The notes under the pieces: model-generated
What the model was told of the DNA's origin: nothing
Seen by the model: only the letters and a program-made list of their open reading frames with translations
Databases searched by the model: none
Assembly: GCA_041640635.1 (NCBI GenBank)
Contig: JBEPZX010000010.1
Coordinates: forward strand, 1 to 44,419
DNA: 44,419 nt
Origin: Aquificaceae bacterium
GTDB lineage: Bacteria; Aquificota; Aquificia; Aquificales; Aquificaceae
Direction: 5' to 3'
Part shown: positions 1 to 7,857 of the stretch, piece by piece
How the letters are laid out: each line of letters opens with the position of its first letter
How positions within the stretch are numbered: the stretch's first letter is position 1
Made by a program: the position numbers and the translations under genes

Positions 1-1043
1 CTATAGAGGATGCCAAGGAAATATTCAGACGTATAAAGCAAAGCTTTGATGAACCTGAGGTTCTAGGTCTTGGAGTTACGGGTTACGGGAAGGACTTGCT
101 AAAGGATGTAATAGGTGCGGATGTGGCAATTGTGGAAACAGTGGCACACGCAACAGCTGGTTTGTTCTTCTTCCCAGATGCTGACTGCATATGCGATGTA
201 GGTGGGATAGATGTTAAGATAATAATACTAAAAAACGGCACGGTTGTCGATTTTAGACTGAATTCCCAGTGCTCCTCTGGTAACGGTGCCTTCCTGCAAG
301 GTGTAGCCGAAAGGTTTGGTATTCCTTTGGAAGATATAGCCCATCACGCTTTTTCTGCAAAAGCCATACCTAACTTTTCCATGGGTTGCGGTGTATTCTT
401 ACAAAGCGATATAGTCAATCAGCAAAGAAAGGGTTGGCAAGCCAACGAAATATTGGCAGGTTTGTGTAGCATACTTCCCTTAAATGTCTGGGTGTATGCG
501 GGTAATATAAACAACCTCTCGCAGGTAGGGAAAAAGTTTATACTACAAGGTGGAACCCACAAAAACTTGGCTGTGGTGAAAGCACAGGTAGATTTTATAA
601 AGTCCAAAGTGCCTAACACCGAAGTGTATGTTCACCCTTACCCTGGAGAGGCAGGTGCAATAGGTGCAGCTCTTGTAGCAATGGAAGCTACCAAAGACAA
701 ACCAAGGAGTTCTTTTAAAGGCTTTTCTGCTATAGAAAATCTTACCTATAAAACAACTACATCTAAAGAAACAGTTTGTAAATGGTGCCCTATAGAGTGT
801 CAAAGAAGCTTTGTGGACGTTCACGTAGGTGAGGGTGAAGGAAGACCATGGAGCAAGGTCCCCTTAGAAAAGGGCTACCTTAGGATAATTGTTAACAATG
901 CGTGTCCAAAAGGTTTGGTAGAAAGCCAGGAAGAACTAAAGTTTATAAAAGAAAAGATGGAAAAAATCAAGAAGGAGTTTCCCAATGTTGGGCTCTTTGT
1001 TAAAAAGGAAGCTTTCAAAAAAGCTCAATCGGTCGGAGCTTAG
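1..1043 (+). CDS. BadF/BadG/BcrA/BcrD-family ATPase (2-hydroxyacyl-CoA dehydratase activator-like), 5'-truncated by the window
   Basis: The frame is open from position 3 (IEDAKEIF...GLGVTGYGK). Motifs ETVAHA, DVGGIDVK, CSSGNGAFL, CGVF and GGT are typical of ASKHA CoA activases; C-terminal CKWC...C...C cluster. Confidence 0.85.
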   Translation, partial: IEDAKEIFRRIKQSFDEPEVLGLGVTGYGKDLLKDVIGADVAIVETVAHATAGLFFFPDADCICDVGGIDVKIIILKNGTVVDFRLNSQCSSGNGAFLQGVAERFGIPLEDIAHHAFSAKAIPNFSMGCGVFLQSDIVNQQRKGWQANEILAGLCSILPLNVWVYAGNINNLSQVGKKFILQGGTHKNLAVVKAQVDFIKSKVPNTEVYVHPYPGEAGAIGAALVAMEATKDKPRSSFKGFSAIENLTYKTTTSKETVCKWCPIECQRSFVDVHVGEGEGRPWSKVPLEKGYLRIIVNNACPKGLVESQEELKFIKEKMEKIKKEFPNVGLFVKKEAFKKAQSVGA

Positions 1044-2133
1044 GGTAGGCATTCCTAGGTTTTTAAATGTGTGGGGTACGCACCAGTTTTGGATAGGTTT
1101 TTTCAAAAGTTTGGGAATAGAAAAAATAGCATTTAGTTCAGAAACTTCAGAGGAACAGTACAGAACCTACGGAAGCAAACGCATAACTATGGATAGTTGC
1201 TTTCCAGTAAAAGCTTTGGCAGGACATATTGGGGAGCTTTTAGAGAAGGATATAAACATTCTGTTTGTACCAAAAATCTACTCTTTACCTTCCTTTTTGA
1301 GTGGTCACGTTATGGACAGTCTCAGTTGCACCCGTGTGCCCATGTCCGTGGAGAACATAAAGGCAGGATTCTTGCGGGAAAGGGATGAGTTTGGCTTAAG
1401 AGGTATAAAGTTTGTATCTCCTTTCGTTCCTTTTACAGAAAAACATCTTTTACCTAAATACCTTTATGATGAGTTAAAACATGCCATAGATGACTTAAGC
1501 TTAAGTGAAGTTGAAAAGGCAGTAGAGGAAGGTTTTAGGTATCTTGAGGATTTTGATAAAAGAATGAGAAACAAGAGCTTAGAAATCCTTCGCTTGTGTG
1601 TAAGGAAAAATATCCCAGCTTTGCTTATTTTGGCAAGACCTTACCATCTTGACTCGGGAATAGGTCACGACATAGACCAAGAGCTTCAAGCTTGCGGGTA
1701 TCCCGTGCTTTGGTATAATTACCTACCACTGGAAGATGAGATTTTAGATTGGTTGTTTGGTGAGGAGATAAAAGAAGGCATAATAAAGAGTCCCTTTGAT
1801 ATAAGCGATGTGTGGACATCATCTTACAGTGCCAACACCAATGAAATTATATGGGCTGCCAAATTTGCAGCTAGATTTCCGCACATAACAGCTGTTATCA
1901 GACTATCCAGTTACGAATGTGGTATGGATCAACCAACCTTTACACCTGTTCAAAAGATAGTTGAAGCCACTGGGACACTCTTTTTTAAGTTTGGAGAGCT
2001 TGACGAAACAAAACCTGCAGGAAGCGTAAAGATACGAGCAGAAACCATAGATTTTTATGTGAAAAAATACTCCAAAGAAATCATTGAGAAAAAACTCAGG
2101 TTATTAAATAAACCAATTCCAGAAATTTTGTAG
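985..2133 (+). CDS. CoA-activase-associated domain protein (DUF2229-like); probably the C-terminal part of the upstream activase
   Basis: LRVGIPRFLN, DSCFPVK, RPYHLD, SYECGMD and DETKPAGSVKIRAETI motifs. Overlaps the upstream ORF by 59 nt and has no clear SD. Confidence 0.75.
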   Translation: MLGSLLKRKLSKKLNRSELRVGIPRFLNVWGTHQFWIGFFKSLGIEKIAFSSETSEEQYRTYGSKRITMDSCFPVKALAGHIGELLEKDINILFVPKIYSLPSFLSGHVMDSLSCTRVPMSVENIKAGFLRERDEFGLRGIKFVSPFVPFTEKHLLPKYLYDELKHAIDDLSLSEVEKAVEEGFRYLEDFDKRMRNKSLEILRLCVRKNIPALLILARPYHLDSGIGHDIDQELQACGYPVLWYNYLPLEDEILDWLFGEEIKEGIIKSPFDISDVWTSSYSANTNEIIWAAKFAARFPHITAVIRLSSYECGMDQPTFTPVQKIVEATGTLFFKFGELDETKPAGSVKIRAETIDFYVKKYSKEIIEKKLRLLNKPIPEIL

Positions 2134-2470
2134 TGTTACCAACTTCTATCGGTGCTCTTGGTTCACTTACAATTTCTTCAATGAAGCGAGTCCTTCCTTT
2201 ATTCCTCACAACTTTCTTAAATACCCCAAAAAAGTCCAAAATTGAGTGTTTAGATTTGTAGTTTCCATATTTGATAAATCCTTTAGCCGATCCAACAAAC
2301 CTAATATATATCGTAGTCCGCAGCCTCAGAATTAGGGATGATTTGCGAAGCGCGAGGACTTTGTTGATACTCTTATCGATTCCTCAAACTTTATAATGAA
2401 AGACTCGGAAATTATGTAGAGAGTAGATGTTTGAGACGATTGAATAATTTGGTGTTAAAAATTTTCACTT

Positions 2471-2499
2471 TTGCAAAGTTTACCGTAGCTTTTTATAAT
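2471..2499 (+). promoter_or_regulatory. sigma70-type promoter
   Basis: TTGCAA (2471-2476), 17-nt spacer, TATAAT (2494-2499); ATG at 2510. Confidence 0.7.
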
Positions 2500-2509
2500 T
2501 ATTATTATC

Positions 2510-2830
2510 ATGAAGATTTATGAACTATCAGAAAAACAGAGGGAGTTTTTAAAGACCGTCTTTGAGATACAGGAATTACCAGAGGAAAAGGATTTAGAAG
2601 AATTTCTCTCAAGCAAAAGTTGCAAGCTTTACCAATGTAAAAGTTGTGGAAAGCTTATTTTCCATGACAATTACGAGTTTTGGAACTTAACGGACTGTTG
2701 CGATGATAATTCTAAGCTCGTAGATGATGGGCTTTTGTGTGAAGTTTGTTACTCAAAAACAGCTGAAAACTTAAAGGACTGGATATTTTTTAGACCTACG
2801 TGGGTAAAGGATGTAAATTTTAAAATTTAA
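2510..2830 (+). CDS. Small Cys-rich putative zinc-binding hypothetical protein
   Basis: 106-aa ORF with CKSC, CC and CEVC, directly after a strong promoter and at the head of a tight operon. Confidence 0.7.
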   Translation: MKIYELSEKQREFLKTVFEIQELPEEKDLEEFLSSKSCKLYQCKSCGKLIFHDNYEFWNLTDCCDDNSKLVDDGLLCEVCYSKTAENLKDWIFFRPTWVKDVNFKI

Positions 2831-2835
2831 GAGAT

Positions 2836-3276
2836 ATGCCTGCTTTTAAGAGTATAGATGAAGTTAAAGACTTCATAAAGCAGACTTCTGAAAAAACGGC
2901 TGTATACGTTGGTTGTGACTCAAGGCAGGTAAGAGATAAAACGGTATTTGTCAGCGTTGTAGTAGTTCACATAGACTCGTGCAGAGGAGCAAAAATCTTT
3001 TGGAAGGTGGAAAAGGTAAAAAGAATAAAGTCTCTAAGGCAGAGACTTATGGAAGAAGTAAGCAGAGCGGTTTTTTTGGCTCTTGAGATATCCGATGTTA
3101 TAGATGGAAGACCTTTTGAGGTTCACCTTGATATAAATCCTAATCCTAACCATAACTCAAGCGTTATATTAAAAGAAGCTATAGGCTATGTTATGGCTCA
3201 AGGTCTAAAGCCAGTAGTCAAGCCAAGAGCCATAGCGGCTACTACCGTAGCTGACTACATTACGGGAAGGTACTAA
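2836..3276 (+). CDS. RNase H-like YkuK family protein (DUF458)
   Basis: VYVGCDS, RQRLMEEV, EVHLDIN and KPRAIAATTVAD motifs. Confidence 0.8.
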   Translation: MPAFKSIDEVKDFIKQTSEKTAVYVGCDSRQVRDKTVFVSVVVVHIDSCRGAKIFWKVEKVKRIKSLRQRLMEEVSRAVFLALEISDVIDGRPFEVHLDINPNPNHNSSVILKEAIGYVMAQGLKPVVKPRAIAATTVADYITGRY

Positions 3277-4163
3277 TGAAGTGGATAGTTTTAGACAGGT
3301 TTAAGCTAAAAGTATTCGGACAAAAGGGAAAGGTTCTAGGCAAAGGAATACAGGAAGAACACACAGCCTTTTTACATAACCTTTTAAGCAACGACATAAA
3401 AGGAATGAAACCCTATACGCTAAGTTACAACCTAAGACTAAAGCAAAACGGAGCACCACTTCAAGAGTTCTACGTATACAAATTCCAAGACTACTATGTC
3501 TTAGACTCGGAAGGGAATGCACAAGATACTATAGAGGAGTTCAATAAAATTAAACTCTCTATGAGGGTGTATTTTGAAGTATTACCTTACCAGCATTTAT
3601 TCGTATTTGGTGAGGGAAGCAAAGAGTTTATTAGTGAGCTCTTTAACCAAGAAATTAATTCTATGCAGGTAGCACAGCTCCAAGATGCTATAGTAGCCAA
3701 CAACCCAATAAGGTTGAGGGAAGAAGGTTACGACATTATAGCAGAGGATATTGGAAAGTTTCTGGAAAAGTTGGACAAGAAAGATATGGTAGATGCAAGT
3801 TACATGGAGTATTTGAGAATTCAAAGGTGCATTCCAAAAATAGGGAAAGAACTAAGAGAAGGCTTTTCTCCCCTCGAAGCCAACATCCAAACGTATGCCA
3901 TAAGTTTAAACAAAGGTTGTTACGTAGGGCAAGAAGCCATAGCCCGTGTGCACTATAGAGGTAGAACACCACGCACCTTAGCCTTATTTAGCGGAGATGC
4001 GCCGGAAGGAACAAAAATAAGAGATGAGGAAAAAGAAGTAGGTATAATAACTTCGTCCTTTGATTCTGCATCCATGGGTTACATACTGAGGGATAGAGCA
4101 CAAGAAGGAAAGATCTACCTTTGGGCTAAAGGCAGTGTAACTCTAATAAAGGTGTGCCAATAA
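3276..4163 (+). CDS. ygfZ: Folate-binding YgfZ/GcvT family protein
   Basis: KGCYVGQE signature; FLHNLLSNDI. Confidence 0.85.
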   Translation: MKWIVLDRFKLKVFGQKGKVLGKGIQEEHTAFLHNLLSNDIKGMKPYTLSYNLRLKQNGAPLQEFYVYKFQDYYVLDSEGNAQDTIEEFNKIKLSMRVYFEVLPYQHLFVFGEGSKEFISELFNQEINSMQVAQLQDAIVANNPIRLREEGYDIIAEDIGKFLEKLDKKDMVDASYMEYLRIQRCIPKIGKELREGFSPLEANIQTYAISLNKGCYVGQEAIARVHYRGRTPRTLALFSGDAPEGTKIRDEEKEVGIITSSFDSASMGYILRDRAQEGKIYLWAKGSVTLIKVCQ

Positions 4164-4164
4164 A

Positions 4165-4857
<693 letters not shown>

Positions 4858-4933
4858 TTATACAAAGTATAAACAACTTTTATCGACTTTAATCTGCAAA
4901 GAAGTAAATTAAAAATTGAGGAGGTGAGGAGCA

Positions 4934-6343
4934 ATGATGGAACAACTGCTATTAAAAGAACATTTATCAAAAAAGGAAAAACTAGTTCTGTTTAGATGGA
5001 TACTAAAGGAGGAAATGGATGTTTTGGATGAGTATTGTGATATTGATAGCTTACCTAAAGGCTATAGATTGGAACTGTGTCACGTTCACGATGTAAAAAA
5101 GGTAAACATAGCAAGATTGTTGAGCGTCATAGAGTATTACGATCCAGATTTTATAAAAACCTTAGCTTTTACTGACCCGCGTGTTAGGACCTTTGTAGGA
5201 TATTACTTTGAGTTTTTGAAAACAAACCCATACGGTTACGAAGCTTTAGAGCCTTCTAACCTTTTTGGTAATTGGGACTTTATAAAGTACAAACTAAAAG
5301 TGCTTTTCCCTAATCTCTCCCTTGATGAAATAGAGAAATTCAAATTCAAAAGAAAAGAATTTATAGAGTATGTCAAGGAAAAAACGGGTGAGAGCTATGA
5401 AACCATAGAATCTAAGTTAAACAAAGCTACATGGTATGAAACGGTGCCCTATTTGCAACTTGAAGAAGAAATGTCTAAGATGTGGCATCCAGAACCTGTT
5501 ATGACAGATGAAGATTGGAACTTTATAAAAAGGCACGTAAAGGGAAGAAAGAACATCTTTATAAAGGAGAATGGTAAAGAAAAGTTTGTATATATAGATG
5601 TAGATCTTTCCGATGAAGAAATAGATAAATACAGAAAAGATAGAGAAAGCTTAAAAAAATTGCTAATGCAGCGCTACAACATAGATGAAAATGGTGCAGA
5701 GCAAGTCCTTAGGAAAGCGGGTTGGGAATCTGAAACTTATCATATAATACCACCTATACATACAGATGTGGTTTTGGATTATGGCAAAGAACATGAAAAG
5801 ATAAAGGAAGTAGAAACACAAGAATCATCAGAAAACTTTCACATGGTAGCTAACTTTATAAGATATTTAGGAGGTTTGGAGCTACAAATTCTCAACTACT
5901 ACGACCTTGTTTACGATAAATTAGAGGATCAAGTAAAGGAAATCTTAGACCTTATCATAAGAACACAAAGAAAGATACTTGGTAAACTCTTTGGTATTTT
6001 CTACACCTGTGACCCAATAATGGCTGAAGCTATACTTACCATAAATCCAGAGCGTTACGAATTCTTAAAGAGCCTTTCCGTTAAAGACACCGTAAGAGAT
6101 AAGGAGTTTAAGCTGTTTAGCAATCCAATAGCTTGGAAAAAGGTAAAAGAAAGAATAGTTATGAGGTTTCCAGAAATTACAGAGGAAGAGCTAGAGCAAT
6201 TAAAAGGACATAGAGAGAAACTTGTACAAATCCTAAAGACAAAAACCAATAACTCAGAAGAAACCATAGAAAAAGCATTAGAAGAGTGCGGATGGACAAA
6301 GGAAGAAGAAATACCAGCAGCTTTCAGGCAAATAGGACCTTAG
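4934..6343 (+). CDS. Hypothetical protein with three CsbD/YjbJ-like repeats and two half-ferritin-like segments
   Basis: 469-aa ORF with a GAGGAG SD. Internal repeats W-x2-(I/V)K...L(S/T)-x-(D/E)E...R...(A/C)(T/G)W at aa ~111-167, ~192-264 and ~398-454. Confidence 0.75.
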   Translation: MMEQLLLKEHLSKKEKLVLFRWILKEEMDVLDEYCDIDSLPKGYRLELCHVHDVKKVNIARLLSVIEYYDPDFIKTLAFTDPRVRTFVGYYFEFLKTNPYGYEALEPSNLFGNWDFIKYKLKVLFPNLSLDEIEKFKFKRKEFIEYVKEKTGESYETIESKLNKATWYETVPYLQLEEEMSKMWHPEPVMTDEDWNFIKRHVKGRKNIFIKENGKEKFVYIDVDLSDEEIDKYRKDRESLKKLLMQRYNIDENGAEQVLRKAGWESETYHIIPPIHTDVVLDYGKEHEKIKEVETQESSENFHMVANFIRYLGGLELQILNYYDLVYDKLEDQVKEILDLIIRTQRKILGKLFGIFYTCDPIMAEAILTINPERYEFLKSLSVKDTVRDKEFKLFSNPIAWKKVKERIVMRFPEITEEELEQLKGHREKLVQILKTKTNNSEETIEKALEECGWTKEEEIPAAFRQIGP

Positions 6344-6543
6344 AACTCTTTAAGTAGGCCCTTAATTTTGTCCTCCCAACTTGGGTGGACATAAGCAGCT
6401 TTTTTTAGTCTTCTTTTTCTATCTTTTGCCTTGTGAGTATTGTAGTGAGAGACGCCGCCTTTCCATCTTTTTATCTTCCCAGTAGCTGTTGTCTTAAATC
6501 TTTTCTTAGCAGATCTGTTCGTTTTCATCTTTACCTTAGCCAT
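6340..6543 (-). CDS. rpmI: 50S ribosomal protein L35
   Basis: KMKTNRSAKKRFKTTATGKIKR; GGAGG SD. Confidence 0.95.
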   Translation of the reverse strand: MAKVKMKTNRSAKKRFKTTATGKIKRWKGGVSHYNTHKAKDRKRRLKKAAYVHPSWEDKIKGLLKEF

Positions 6544-6567
6544 TTCTTACCTCCAAGGTTTTATATT

Positions 6568-7611
6568 TTAGCACAATACTTTACTCAAAGCCTCCAAAAA
6601 GGCATCATTTTCTTGATCTTTTCCTATGCTAACTCTTAAGGCATTGTCTAGAATATGAGACATGTCCCTTATTAAAACACCTTCTTGTATGAGCTTTTTA
6701 TGAAGCTCGCAAGCCTTCATGCTTTTTACCTTAAAGAGTATAAAGTTAGCTTCACTAGGGAAGACTTCCAGTTCTTTAAAAGATAAAAGTGCATTGTATA
6801 CTCTATCCCTTTCTTGAATGACTTTTTGAACGTTTTCCTGTATAAAATCGTAAAACTCAGTAAGTAAAAGCTTTGCTATTACTTGGGAAGGGTAAGTTAT
6901 GTTAAAGGGTAATCTCATTTTATTGATTTCGTAAGCTATCTCTTCTTTTGCTATCAATATTCCAACACGTAATCCAGCCATGCCTATTTTGGAAAGTGTC
7001 CTTAATATAACCATGTTATCCTTTTTTACAGCTTGATCCATAAAGCTTTTTTTTGAATAGTCAAAGTAAGCCTCATCGATAACACAAAATAGATTCAGAT
7101 GGTATATTTTCTCTATCTTTTCTTTTGAAAAACAATTACCGGTAGGATTGTTGGGATAAGAAAAGTAAGCAAGCGCAGGTTGTTTTTCTTGTATAGCTTT
7201 TATAGACTCTTCCAAATCTATATCAAAGTTCTTGTCCAATTTAACTTCTACAGGATCTCTTCCTAAAATTTTGGCTGATATTTGATACATAGGAAAAGTA
7301 GGAACGGGATAGAATACTCCTCTGTCAAATTCTCCAATTGCTATGGATAAGTAATATATGAGCTCATCTGAACCGTTACCTAAAACAATGTTTTCTGGAT
7401 TTACTCCGATCCTTTGGGATATTATTTGCTTAAGCTCTCTTGCGTGTGGATCGGGGTATTTATTGAGTGGTATTTTTGCAACTTCTTTTGCTATCTTTTC
7501 TTTTATGTAATCGGGAAAATCTATACTTAGTTCGTTTGATGAAAGCCTTACTTTAGCAACTGTAGTTTCCGTTTTATATGGACTTAGACTTTTTATTCGC
7601 TTACTTATCAT
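6568..7611 (-). CDS. hisC: Histidinol-phosphate aminotransferase
   Basis: LSSNE, YPDP, GNGSDELI, PNNPTG, DEAY and RTLSK-GMAGLRVG. Confidence 0.92.
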   Translation of the reverse strand: MISKRIKSLSPYKTETTVAKVRLSSNELSIDFPDYIKEKIAKEVAKIPLNKYPDPHARELKQIISQRIGVNPENIVLGNGSDELIYYLSIAIGEFDRGVFYPVPTFPMYQISAKILGRDPVEVKLDKNFDIDLEESIKAIQEKQPALAYFSYPNNPTGNCFSKEKIEKIYHLNLFCVIDEAYFDYSKKSFMDQAVKKDNMVILRTLSKIGMAGLRVGILIAKEEIAYEINKMRLPFNITYPSQVIAKLLLTEFYDFIQENVQKVIQERDRVYNALLSFKELEVFPSEANFILFKVKSMKACELHKKLIQEGVLIRDMSHILDNALRVSIGKDQENDAFLEALSKVLC

Positions 7612-7856
7612 ATTTCTTGTTTTTGAGTGGTTTCTTCCTCTTCCTCCTCTTCCTCCTCACCTCTTCCTAAATAGATTTCTAACTCTGCTACTGTAGATTC
7701 CATAAGCTTATCTTCAAGTATGCCTTTAATCAATCTGTTGAGTTTTTTCTCATCTCCTAAAGCAATTCCATTTAACACATAATAAAGTCGTTTAGGAAGA
7801 GAAATTGTTAATCTTTTATATCTAGGTCCACCTTTTTTTCTACCTTTTTTTGCCAT
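7608..7856 (-). CDS. Small ribbon-helix-helix-like protein with a basic N-terminus and poly-Glu tail
   Basis: KRLTISLPKRLY fits an RHH beta-strand plus helix; GGAGG SD; translationally coupled to hisC. Confidence 0.6.
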   Translation of the reverse strand: MAKKGRKKGGPRYKRLTISLPKRLYYVLNGIALGDEKKLNRLIKGILEDKLMESTVAELEIYLGRGEEEEEEEEETTQKQEI

Positions 7857-7857
7857 T

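Noticed and set aside
3481..3489. Match to the start of the predicted omega-RNA guide (AATTCCAAG; also AATTCCAA near 30196)
   Set aside because: Only 8-9 nt long, at chance level in AT-rich DNA, and not preceded by the predicted TAAC/TCAC motif.
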